The notes below the pieces were generated by a model. It had not been told where the DNA came from. It saw only the letters and a program-made list of their open reading frames with translations, and searched no databases. From Azolla caroliniana (taxonomy: Eukaryota; Plantae; Polypodiophyta): a stretch of DNA of 64,000 nucleotides. The stretch is taken from NCBI GenBank assembly GCA_043228905.1, contig JBHGNT010000013.1:9982001-10046000 (forward strand), given 5' to 3'. The position numbers were made by a program, and so were the translations under genes. Below, one piece after another: positions 23,101 to 35,447 of this stretch (positions are counted from its first letter, which is position 1; each line of letters begins with the position of its first letter).

Positions 23101-25960
23101 TTCACGCGCAAAGAGAAGGGGAAGAGGAAGATGCCGGAATTCAAAACCGGCAAGGATGAGTCGGATCGGTGCGTCTCCGACTTAGGAAAGGAGAAAGGCG
23201 GATCTTCGGCAACGAAGACCGAACTGGCCAAGAAGGGCCTCAAATCAGGTGACGGTGCGTTGCGCCGATCAACCCGCTAGAAGGATCCCGTCATGCGGTA
23301 CGGGTATAATGAATACATGGCGCATCATTATGCGTACATGACTAAGGTGATAGAAATGCATGAGCCGGAGAGCTACGCAGAAGTGGCAAAGGACACAAAT
23401 TGGCGTGCCGCTATGGACGAAGAAATGCGGGCACTCGATGCCAACGAAACTTGGGACCTAGTTGATCCTCCCCGTCACTGTAAACCGATCGGATGCAAGT
23501 GGGTGTACAAGGTCAAGTACAACGCCGACGGTTCTGTTAACCGGTACAAAGCCCGGTTAGTGGCGAAGGGATACGCGCAGACCCACGGAATCGACTACGA
23601 CGAGACCTTCGCTCCTGTGGCGAAGATGACGACGGTTCGTGTGGTACTGGCGGTTGCTGCGGCAAGGGGGTGGCATCTTCACCAGATGGATGTGAAGAAC
23701 ACCTTCCTTCAAGGAGAGCTTGAAGAAGAAGTCTTTATGACTCAGCCCCCCGGATTTCAATCGGAGATGAACAAGTGGGCGGTATGCCGACTGAAGAAAT
23801 CGCTTTATGGCTTGAAGCAAGCCCCCCGAGCTTGGAACGCGAAGATCACGCACCGGTTGCGTAAGCTGGGGTTTGCTGTCTCTAAGTCGGACTCTTCGTT
23901 GTTCATCCGGCAAGGCTCTGACGGTCCGGTATGTATACTCTTGTATGTGGATGATTTAGTCATCACCGGACCAGGTCTTCCCGAAATCAACCGCGTCAAG
24001 TCCCAGTTGTCAGACGCATTCGAAATGAAGGACCTGGGGGACCTTCATTATTTTCTTGGGATCGAAGTGATCCGGACCCCCAACGGCATATTGCTCTCAC
24101 AACGACATTACGTGTTGAATATGCTGTATAAGTTCGGCATGACGGATTGCCGACCTGTCTCCACACCCCTGGACCGGAACCAGAAGCTCCGTCCCAACTC
24201 CGGACCGGCCTGCAATGAGCAACGGTTCCGACAGGTTGTCGGAAGCCTGATCTACTTAACCATCACCCGACCTGACATCAGCTATCCGGTCGTCATGATA
24301 AGTCAGTTCATGCAGAAGCCGACCGTGGAGCACCTTCAGTGCGCGCAACAAATATTACGATATGTCAGCGGCACTAAGGATCGGGGACTGCTATACCGGC
24401 GCGGTATACCCGAAGAGCTTGTCGGTTACACAGATGCTGACTGGGCCGGCGATGCGTATGATCACTGCTCCACTTCCGGATACATGTTCTCCATAGGTAG
24501 CGTGGCCGTTGCGTGGAGCAGCAAGAAGCAGCCCACAGTGGCTTTGTCAAGCACTGAGGCTGAGTACCGGGCCGCTACCGTTGCCACTTGTGAAGCCATC
24601 TGGCTTCGGCGACTGCTGTGAGACTTGCGGATCGAGGTACTGACCCCGATCCCGATTTACTGCGATAACATGAGCAGCTTGCAGCTCGCCAGGAACCTTG
24701 TGTTTCATGCTCGCACAAAGCACATCGAGGTGCACTACCACTTCGTGCGTGAGCGGGTCTTGAGCGGTGAAGTTGACCTACGGTATGTTCATACAGATCG
24801 GCAAGTTGCCGACATCTTCTCCAAGCCGCTCGGATCGGACAAGTTGCAGCACTTTACCGACATGCTTGGTATTCAGCATCTCGACGTGCCGCACTTGAGC
24901 GGGAGAAGCAAGGGCAAAGTCTCTACCGAAACGGGCAAAGGCCAAAAAACTATTGAACCCGTCGGTAAGAGGAGTGCCGGAAGAAGAGGAGACAAGAAGA
25001 TGAAGGAAGCCGAGTCGACGAAGGAAGTCGACACATCCGAACAGGTCGGAGCAAGCGGCTGTGAAGAAGAGTTGTGCACTCAGGAAGAGAAGTGCATGAT
25101 ATGCGGAGGTCATCACGACGGTACTAACCATGATGCGGAGTCGAATGAAGAATTCGATTTCGGTTCACTGGCTGAAGAAGCCGAGGGAAGCATGGAGAAG
25201 GCCAAGACTCGGAAGTGGTCCGATGTGGTGAGAGGCCTGAAGCCGGAAGTCAAATCGGAGTGTACCGATTCGGACAAGAGCTGGAACGAGTCGGAGACAG
25301 CTGACTCGGATCAACAGATGGATCCGGATGAGTCGGATCGACTGAAGGCCAAGGGGACACGGACACAGCGGAAGTCGATGCCATCGTGGGAGAACCGACG
25401 GATCGGCAAGCGCTGGAGTCACAGCAACGTGAGTGCTGAGATGGGCCTATTGAGCAAACATGCCGACCGAGATGGTCGAGGCGCACAGAACCAAAGGGGT
25501 CGCGGCAAACGGGACCGGACCGGACGAGGAGCGTGAGCAAGGCGGAGTGACGCCAGGAGAAGTCGGTTGGAAGAACCAACTGCCACAGAGGTCGACACTA
25601 CGACCCCACCTCAAGTTGAGCTTGAGGGGGAGTGTTGAGCGGCAAGCTCAACCGGAGCCGGATCCGCTGAATAAGCCGGAGTTGGTAAGCGAGACGGATC
25701 GGGCGAAACGGATCGGTATGACGGTGAGCAACCGAACCGGCAAGTAGTGGGGGTCGAGTGCAATCCGTAACCGGAAGTCCAATCGGAATCCTAGTATAGG
25801 ATAGACTACTAGGTAGCTATAGTCTCGTAGTAAGTGTCAGATGCTCGTGTGAGCATTGAAGTACATGGTACTTCTGTCAGTCCCAAGAGGACTTGTATAA
25901 ATAGTGCTACTTAGCACAGTGTGTATACAGAGTCTTGATATAATTTTGAAATTGTGTTTT

Positions 25961-26017
<57 letters not shown>

Positions 26018-26057
26018 TGTTCTCTGTTTTACGCTTCCGCAAACACTTACGTTTACA
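20134..26057 (+). mobile_element. Ty1/copia LTR retrotransposon D (same family as A), inserted in the protease of B
   Basis: LTRs 20134-20544 and 25633-26057; PBS TGGTATCAGAGC 20545-20556; PPT TTGAGGGGGAG; TSD AGTTG at 20129-20133 and 26058-26062. Confidence 0.96.
20639..25536 (+). pseudogene. Copia D gag-pol with several stops/frameshifts and a C-terminal extension after RNase H
   Basis: ORF pieces 20639-21430 (gag), 21536-21892 (PR, VDSGASNHM), 21896-22791 (IN), 23293-24621 (RT, LLYVDD), 24625-25536 (RNase H end plus about 210 extra aa). Confidence 0.9.
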
Positions 26058-29000
26058 AGTTGATTTTTGAACCGTGGTCCACCAACGCCACCACCGGCTC
26101 CTGGACATCCCCGATCTTAACAGGGGTCTTCGTGGTCGCTCTGGCCCAGTGCGGACTCAAATGGTGGCTCTCTGCCAACTCGTCTTCTAGCGCCATGTCC
26201 TCTATGTGCGTCGTTCGCACTTCCACCGGCTTCTCTGGCTCTGGCTCTGTCAACAGCCTCTTCCTCTTCACCAAGTCTACGATGGAGTCGTGGAACTCCT
26301 TCTTGGCGATCCCGAGCACCTCCCTCAGCGATAGCTCCACTTTGTTGTCGAGGATACGTTCCTCCAGGACCTTTCGATTTCCGTGCTCAACCGGTACCTG
26401 GCCATCTTGGCTTTATCCGGTGCGTCGGTCGCACCGGCCTCATTCTGTTGTTGACCGAATCAGGTCTCGTACCGTTGCAAGGGCCCGGCCCCTCCAGTTT
26501 TACCTACTCACTTGTCTTCCACCAGAGCCTCGTAGTTCTGGCATGTGGCTTCAACGAAGCCCGTCTTCTCTTCGACCGGGTCACTCCACCCAGTTACCTC
26601 CCGGACCCGTTTTTCTGCGCGGTCCGCTTCTTCTTTCCTTAGCCGTGCGCCGGCAAGGCCTTCTAGCATCAACGACTAGAATCCGGCTTCGTCCGTCTTC
26701 TGGGCCTCACCACCTCCGACCCGGATCCCTGCCGACGCCGAGTAGTGGACGGTCTCCGCGTGGCGAGCCGCCGCCTCTTCCATCAACCGTTTCATACCCC
26801 CTCGTCCGACATTCAAGTCCAGGGCCCTTCGAGTCTCGCTAGCGTGCACCCGATCGTTCCATAGGTACATCATGTTGGCTCTCATCGCCTCGGCGATGTC
26901 CCCGCAGTCCCTCCGGACGTGGCCGACCGCGTCGCACCACAAACACCGGTTCCCAGCCAGAGGCCTTCGGTCACGGGCCTGTTCGCCGCCGTCCCTCCGT
27001 GCTTGTGCAATTTGGAGGTCCTTTACCATCCTAGTCAGCTCCTCTAGAGCTGCTCCTCCGCTCGAGCCTCTGACCATGGCGGTGGAAGTGGATCCGGTCG
27101 AGAGCCAGTCTCGGGTCTCTTCCCTTCGCGCTAGCGGGGTTGGCTCTAGATTCCTTGCTGCTACAGAGCCCTCCCCTGTTGATCCTTTATCGACCCACTC
27201 TCGTCGTTTGTCAAAACGGCCACAAACTCTCTTCACCACGGCCCAATCGGTCGTCAGCCCGTCATCAGTCTCCAACAGGAGACCCACCTGCTCCCGGTCC
27301 CTCACATCCACCGACATAACGAACAACAGGACGCGGCTCGTGTCTAGTACGGTCCGGTCGAGCGCCGAAAGATGCGCGAAGCGTTCTTCAAACTCCTAGA
27401 GGAGCACTAACACGTTTCTCCCCTTTTCGGGGGTCTCTACCCATTCCATGAAATCCCGTTTCGAGAGCCGAAGCGCGTCATCAAGCCCGTATTTTTCGAG
27501 GAGCCAACCTTCAAACTCTTCCCAGGTCCGGCTCTCAGCCCGTACCTCGAGCACCTTCGCATGGATGCCCGGCATTGCCACTCGAGGGAAACCGGTCAGT
27601 CGCCTCTCTTCTGGAATGTCTCTCATTACCATCTCGGCCTGGTAGGCCTCCAAATAGCTCGTGGCGTCCTTCCCACCGAACCGGCCTATCGTGCCAACGA
27701 CCGCTTCAATGGCCCTATCGAGGGCGCCTGCGCCTTCGCGCACACTCACTATCTGATCCACAGCCGAAGCCATGGCTTCCGCGAGATCCGACCCCTTCAT
27801 CTTTCTATTCCTCTGCCGCCTGTTCACGTCGGGTTCACCAAATATGTCGCATTGTTACGCGCGTGCGTGTAGATCGAGGCGGGACCACCGGGGTCTTGGA
27901 CCGAGAAATAGCTGAGAAGGAGGGGATCGGGAAGGCAACAGACGCACTTGCACGCGCACGGACGCAAGGCACACAGGAATCACAGTGCATGAACACAGCA
28001 AAACAAGACGACTAGAAGTCTAAGTATATGAACACGTATGTATATTAATTTGTATGTGTATATCAAGACGGTTACAACTAACAGGCCGGCAAGGCGAACA
28101 CCGACGCCTGTTCACTCACACGTAGAAGAGCGAGATGGAGACTCTGCAGGAAGCACACGGGCATTCCACGAAGCAGAGTCAGCCTCCCGAAACCTGCGCC
28201 CAACGAATACAGAGAAAGGAGGAGAAGAGCTCGGTCCCAGTCCGGCAGCACTTCGTCCTCCACTAAAAAAAAAGCGATCCCCTTTTCATTCCTCTCCCTC
28301 TCTTTTATAGCCCAAGGAGGGAGGCCGTTATCATTTGTTACATCATATTAATTCTCTGTCCTTTCGGACAGAGATACACCTCAATTCTCTCCCTATTGAA
28401 TGCGTGCTACCTAGGATTTCACCTCAGCCGACTTGTACCTACCTACTTACTATATAACGAAAGTGTGCTCACGTGTAAGGGCCGGTTTACACACGCTAAA
28501 TTCGGTTTCCGCCTAGGGACGGTTTTCTTCACGACAACGTGCCGCACTTGACGGGGAGAACGAGCAAAGGCAAAGAAACCGGTGCCATAATGGTCAAAGG
28601 CAAAGAAACTGCTGACGGCACCGGACAAGGAACTAGAAAGGGAAGAACCAACAAAGGGGGAGACATGAGGAAAAAGGAAGCCGAGTCAACAAAGGAAGTC
28701 GGCACATCCAAACAAGTCAGAATGAGTGGCAGCAGCAGCAGAGTCAAGAAGGACAGAGCCAACCGGAAGGAGAAGGCCAAGACCCGGACATGGTATGATG
28801 TGGTGAAGGGCCTGAAACCGGAAGACGAGTTGGAGAACACCGACTCGGACAAGAGCGGGAACAAATCGGAGACAGCCAATTCGCTTCAACAGTTGGATTC
28901 GGAGGAGCTGGATCAACTAAAGGCCAAGCGGACACGGACGCAACAGAAGGCGACGCCAACACGAAGGAACCGACGGGTCAACAAGCGTCGGAGTCGCAGT

Positions 29001-30374
29001 AGCGAGGGAGCTGAAATGGGCATGTTGAGTAGACAAGCCGACCAAGGAGGTCAAGGTGTGCAGTACCAAACGGGTTGCCGCAAGCGGAACCGGACTGGAC
29101 GTGGAGCGCGAGCAAGGCGGAACGACGTCAAAAGGAGCCGGGTGGAAGGACCGGCTGCCACAAACACCAACACCACGATCCGAGCTCAAGTTGAGCTTGA
29201 GGGAGAGTGTTGAGTGAACAAGCTCAACCGGATCCGGATCGGCTGAATAAGCCAGAGCTGGATCGGCATCCGGAAGGATGAGCCGGATCGGTATCAGGAT
29301 GGTATCCGGAAACAACCGGCCGGATCGGGCAGATGGATCAGAGAGCCGGATTCGAGTGCGAACCGGAAGCCTAGTAGTAGCCTAGACTACTAGGTAATCA
29401 TTGTCTCGTAGTTAGTGTCAGTCGCTCGTATGAGCATTGAAGTACATAGTACTTCTATCAGTCCTTTTGAGGACTTTTATAAATAGTGTTGTTTAGCACG
29501 TTGTATGTAAAGAGCTTACAGAGTGTTCTTATTATTTTGAATCTACGTTTACGTTCTACTCTCTTTGTCTCTCCCGCGTATACTCTCTGTGTATTAAGCT
29601 TCTCCATTAAACCTTCATCTTATTCTCTGTTGCTATCCGATTGAGCCGGTTCTGTCTAACACTTCCACACGTTAACTTTCACACCATATAATATCCCGTG
29701 GTGAGATTGTACCATAGTATTCTATATACGTGGATAAAGTGTAAGGGTTAAACGAGAGTGTAAAGAAGGGAAGAATTAATTCTAATCCTTGGGATTGAGA
29801 CAACTCATTAAGGCCAAATGTGGACTTGCCTGGGGGCCTTAGGTCTACCTATAAATATGAGGTCTAGCTACCCTCATTGGACACATTATCGACTACGTTG
29901 AGATTCTATCCTTTTGGTGGATCAACTCTTGTAGCGAGCGCACCAGTACTAGGTATGACTCGACACCACGATGGTGGTATGGGATGTCGATCGAGGCTTG
30001 AGTCCATCTCGATCCCTTCGCTTGGGGGTGGTCAGGTGGATCGATGCCCTTCCTTCTCTCTCTCCTTTCTTTTCTAACTATCTATATTTCCTTATCTCAT
30101 GCTTACATTAGGATCTAACTCTAATAGTTAGTATCAAAGCCTTTCTTCTAATGTTTCATTTGTTGATTGTTTTGTTTTGTTGGATGATCGATCGATCGAT
30201 GTGCGATCAAGCTTGATCCAAAAAGGCATTAACAAGCGAACTTCAGTAACTCTTTCTTATTTTTTTCTATTCTTTCTTCTCCCAATCTAATCATGTATAG
30301 TCAATATGTGATTTTGTTTTCATTGATTCAATTATGTTGTAGTGGTAATCAATTGGTTGTATAAAATATACATG

Positions 30375-30580
30375 TATGTATGTGTATGAGGTCAATACCT
30401 AGATTGCCATATATTTGATATAATGATTTGTGTCGTATGCATAAGAGGTCAATACCTCAATTGCATATTATGTTCACTTACATATGTTACGTATGCATAT
30501 GAGGTCAATACCTCGGTTGCGTATTATGTTCACCCTTATTTTGGATTTTTCGTGTGTATGGAGGCTATATGCCTTGATTA
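30375..30580 (+). repeat. About 55-bp degenerate tandem repeat (3-4 copies) in the leader of G
   Basis: GAGGTCAATACCT recurs near 30388, 30445 and 30501, with a weaker copy near 30561. Confidence 0.6.
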
Positions 30581-33126
30581 TGTATCTCGATTACATCATT
30601 CGTTGGCTATGTTATGTTAACGATTCTTTAATGTATGCATATGTAATCATGTTTATATACGTATTTGATCGTATACATGTGATAAACATATATATGTCTA
30701 TATTAGTTATTACGTATGTAATATTACTTTATCGATGGTTGTCTTTTGGAGTAAGGATCTTGGTGGCCGTCCTCACATTTTTGTGAGAATGGCGTGTCAC
30801 CATCCTTTTTCAACAAATTTTTGTTGTTGTTATCCCCATTGGTCACCTCAATTTTGTAATATATAACAATGAAACACGCATAGCCACAATGATGTTGTGA
30901 ATGTTAGGGCTCGATCCGCTTCATGTGAGGCCACTCTTATGACACATGCATCCAACATCCCTCTCTCATTAAATGGTTATGCTACCACCATGAGATCATC
31001 ATTACGGAAGGCATTCATGTGATGGGCCTACTACGAAAAGAGGGCTCATGTGGCTTGACCATTAGGTTGCACTTTGGGGTATGTCATTGTAATGATGAGA
31101 CTTGAGGTTGGGTAACATACCAACATAGTTTTCTTGTTAACGAGGGGGAAATAAGGTTTCTAGGCACATATGTTTTCTTTTGAAAAACATATACATGCAA
31201 ATGCCTTCACATATCTCTCATGCGCAAAGCATTAAACATTCAAAAGGAGTAAACCATTTGGTTAGCTTAAGTGTTTAATGTATTTGTTCTTGAGGTTTCC
31301 AGTTCAAATATGACTAAGAACATACAACATTATTGATACATATGACTATAAAACATGTTTAGACTTTAGGTCTAGGTGCACTTTGGGGTCCTTGTAATAG
31401 GACTTAAAGAGCCTAAACCACATGGGTGGGCATAGAGACATAGTTTATTGTTAACATTTTTTCATGGATAAAACTATTCATGACATGAGCATACATGGTT
31501 GAGCCTCGAGGAGCTGCCATGAAAAAATCGATATAGAGATCAGGGAAAGACATTCATTTGTCACCCCCATGGTTTTTAAAACACCTTTGTGTTACTATAC
31601 TATCTTGATCTTGAACCTCATCTCATATGCCTAGAGGGGTATTGATGTGAGATCATGATATCGATTAATGTTTGCCTGGCATGATATGTTTACATCACAA
31701 CATGATGTTATGACAATTTGTCTGACCTTATCCTATTTCTTTGCTAGAAATTATCATTCAATGGCTCATAATAATGACCCAATGGCATCCACCCAAGCGG
31801 AAGGAATTCAAGGAAATCTTCCTGGGCCAATCCCCATTGAGTTGTATTTTTTACAAATACAAAACTTCCTTAATTCTACCTTGAACGATATTTGCGTGCT
31901 TCGGCAATCTCATAGTACTCTTAAGGCGCGTGCCATTAGTATACAACATGATACTAATAGACCTTATGAGCGCCAAGGTGAACCATCATTTGTCGTAAAG
32001 CCATTTACGGGAGAAAAAAAGGAAAGAACCGAAGAAGCAATTTGCACGTGGTTGGGCCAATGGGAGTCTCATTTTGAGCTTTAGCATATGTTGGTCGAGA
32101 ACTAGGGGGTAAGGTCGTTGTCTAGTGGCATGGGCTCCGCACTACGGGGAAATTGCCTGATTCCTGGACAGACTTTGTCACAGTTTTCAAGGGTCAACTC
32201 CTGCAACCTCCATCTCGAACCGAGGCAACACAAGCTTTAATGAACCTCTCTAGACGGATGTTTTCCTCGCTACAAAATTACGTTCACCATGCTAGAACCC
32301 AAATTAAAAAATCGGGTCTAGAAGGGGACAATTGGTTGATAGCTAGTTTTGTCAATGGTATCCCCAATTCGGACTATCACTGGATAGTGCACGATAAGGA
32401 TCCCAAATCCTTCGAAGAGGCCATTGAAATAGTTCTTCGTTATCAACGCACTTCGAAGAAGGATCATAACAAACCCGAAGCGCGTGGGACCAAATAGTCA
32501 CAATTCGGTGGTAAATGCAAGACACCCAACGAATTCATGGATCACAATTGTAAGCAATAAAATCCTTTTTACATATTCTGCAAAAAGAAGGGTCATACGA
32601 AAGAGCAATGTCGGAAGCTCAAACGGAAAGAGCACGACAACAAAACCAAAGTTGCAAACCATAAAGGTCAGATTCCTGATGTCCTTGAGGTCTATACACA
32701 TCATTTAAGTAGTTGTAAATGTTCTTTCCCTCACTATGTATTGGAATCCAATGATTTACTACATGCAAATGGGTATATCAATGGATCTCCTATACAGTTC
32801 TTATTTGATTTGGGAAGCTCACATAACTTTGTGAATGATCGTTTGGTTTAGATATGGGGAATCCAACCCACCATGGAAGAGTACAATACATCAACGGGGT
32901 GATTCATTCATTAGGAATTTCTATTGATACTTATATAGAAGAAATAGATTTTCATGTAATGAATCTTTGTACTACTGATGCAATACTGTGTTATCCCTAG
33001 TTTTTTAATAAAAACTCTTCTTATCTATTGATTGGGTTCACCATTCTATTCCCAAGGGCTTCACTGTCAAAACTTGTATGAGAGCATGTGAGTTCATCAA
33101 AAGGGGTTAAAATTAACCATTGAGAT

Positions 33127-33129
<3 letters not shown>

Positions 33130-33163
<34 letters not shown>

Positions 33164-33348
33164 GTATTAATAAATATATAAAAAATATATTTACATAAGG
33201 GTATTATCAATTATGCTAGAGAAAAAAATTACATAAGCCCATGAAATATTAGATATTTTAATGAGATAATAAAGAATATACATCTTGTGCAAACAATAGT
33301 AAAGTTTGGAGTAGCATACCTACATACATACATACATACATACATACA

Positions 33349-33381
<33 letters not shown>

Positions 33382-35007
33382 GCATATATACCTACATTTA
33401 AACATTACATCCATGAATATGTATATACACACATTACACCCATTTATACATGCATACTAACTGAACATGAATATATGTACAAATATATATTATCATATGT
33501 AAATACGTACATACACATACATAAGTACATATGTGTAAATGCATACATGCTACATACATATTATAATAAGCCATATGTATTGACAAACAATAATACATGC
33601 ATAAAATTACATATTACATATTACATATATGCATACACGCATTCTTACAAACATATTTTGTATATTACATATTATACACCTATATTATTATGCACACAAT
33701 TATATACAAATATATATATATATACATACCAAACACAAAAAAATATACATACATAAATTACATATTATATATGTATACACATACGCATACACATAAATAC
33801 GTACAATTAGATATTACATGTATTACAAATCTACATACATACAAACAAGTTACATACACACACACATAAATAAATTACATATTACTTATCATATAATCCA
33901 CACATATTACACAATATACAAATTTACATAGATATATTACATATGTACATACATATTTCACATATCGCCATATATATAGGTCATATGGAACCATACAACC
34001 TGCAATACTTACATATATACACACATCTCATATATGAGTGCATATTACGTACATATTACAAACATACATCCATATATGATCCATACACATACTAAACATG
34101 AAAATATCCCCAAAATATACATACATAAATACATATATACTATTGAGAATCAAGCTCAACTTGGTCTAGTATGTGAACTCACCTTGAGAGTGAATAGACA
34201 CTCCAATGGTCAAGAGTCACCATTATGTCACCTCTTTGTATTCTAGCATTTAGTATGAGTCACAGAATCATATTCTATGACACATAACTTATGAGCTTTC
34301 ACATTCCCCATGCTCCATGAGTCTTGTAGTAAATGAAGAGAGAGGGTGACTATATAAAGCACCCTCCTCCCACCTTGTATTGTGTTGAGTCTTTCTCCTT
34401 TGTGTATCATTCCTTGTCTCTCTCACACACACTCTCTCTCTCTCTCATACACACACATAACTCACATCTCTTCCGCTTCACAAGAATCATATCCGATTCT
34501 TTACATATACACATACGTACATTCATACATGTGCATACATATATTCATTCATAGATTGCTACACATATATACGTACATATGCCTACAATGTTACATATAC
34601 AAATTTTACAAACATACATCCATACACATACATATTACATTATATGTAGATTACATACACATACATACATTACTTATGTACATACATATCACCACATACA
34701 TAAACATGGTCATACACACTATAATAGTACATATATACATACACATACATACATTACTTATGTACGTACATATCACCACATACATAAACATGGTCATACA
34801 CACTATAATAGTACATATATATATACACATACATACATTAGATATATACATACATATTATGCATATATTATAAACACACATCCAAACACATTAAGTCATA
34901 ACATGCATTGACACATGCATATATGCATATAGATACATACATACATTCCAATATCACTGTATATATAGGTCATACAGGGTCATACAAATTACAATACTTT
35001 TATATAT

Positions 35008-35043
<36 letters not shown>

Positions 35044-35445
35044 TAGATATATGTATACTTACATATACATTGGATTTATGCATGCATATTATGTGCATAT
35101 TGCAAACATACATCCATATATGACCATACACATACAAACACGGAAATACACTGAAAATGTACATACATAAATACATTACATATTACATATATACACATAT
35201 GTACATTCCTACATGGACACACATATATTCATTCATACATTGCTACACGTATATACGTACACATGCCTACAATGATACATGTACGCATACATACAATACA
35301 ATATGTACATACATACAGACATACATACGTGCATATGTGTATATATGTATGTGGTATGTGTTGTATGTGTGTGTGTACATATTGTATTCTATGAATGAAT
35401 ACACACACATGACACATATACACATACACACGTGCCATACATGGT
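33130..35445. repeat. Strand-biased CATA/CA/TA-rich degenerate satellite with higher-order structure
   Basis: (TA)n near 33131-33161; perfect (CATA)n near 33323-33378; 84-bp tandem duplication 34655-34822; longer repeated blocks (33970-34140 resembles 34960-35180). Confidence 0.85.
34141..34489 (+). mobile_element. Solo LTR (copia-like) inserted in the satellite
   Basis: Starts TATTGAGAATCAAGCTCAAC, similar to the A/D LTR start TGTTGAGCGGCAAGCTCAAC; ends AATCA; contains TATATAAAG and a CT tract; imperfect TSD TATAC/TATCC. Confidence 0.65.
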
Positions 35446-35447
35446 GA

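Larger units (their letters stand above)
9664..28536 (-). mobile_element. Ty3/gypsy LTR retrotransposon B, tRNA-Trp primed, non-chromoviral, degenerate
   Basis: LTRs 27845-28536 (5') and 9664-10357 (3'); PBS reverse complement TTCACGTCGGGTTCACCA at 27823-27840; PPT near 10358-10372; TSD ATGT 9660-9663 / ACGT 28537-28540; gag, PR (ALVDHGS), RT (FLDD), RNase H, IN (HHCC, WFGPY). Confidence 0.93.
5164..29683 (+). mobile_element. Ty1/copia LTR retrotransposon A (degenerate, interrupted by B)
   Basis: LTRs 5164-5591 and 29208-29683; PBS TGGTATCAAAGC 5592-5603; PPT GAGGGAGAG 29199-29207; TSD CCATA at 5159-5163 and 29684-29688. Confidence 0.95.
4639..33050 (+). mobile_element. Decayed Ty3/gypsy element G (outermost host of nest 1), 3'-truncated
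   Basis: LTR 4639-5097 (TGCTA...TAGCA) followed by a Met-type PBS TGGTATTAGAGCC at 5100; second LTR+PBS copy at about 29684-30141; long leader; gag remnants 31761-32700 with a knuckle remnant (CKKKGHTKEQC); protease remnant (FLFDLGSSHNFV) near 32800. Confidence 0.7.

Noticed and set aside
25904-26842. Long antisense ORFs over gypsy gag/pol (also 1477-2391 and 16818-17495)
   Set aside because: Stop-poor reverse frames of GC-rich retroelement coding sequence with no independent motifs.
27823-27840. tRNA-like 3' ends (...TTCACCA)
   Set aside because: Only 18-nt primer-binding sites, not tRNA genes.
33061-33130. CACTG start suggesting a CACTA/EnSpm terminus where G is truncated
   Set aside because: No matching opposite TIR or transposase found in the window.
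33229-35447. Many His/Ile/Tyr/Thr- or Met/Cys/Val-rich ORFs
   Set aside because: Translation artefacts of the CATA/TATG satellite.
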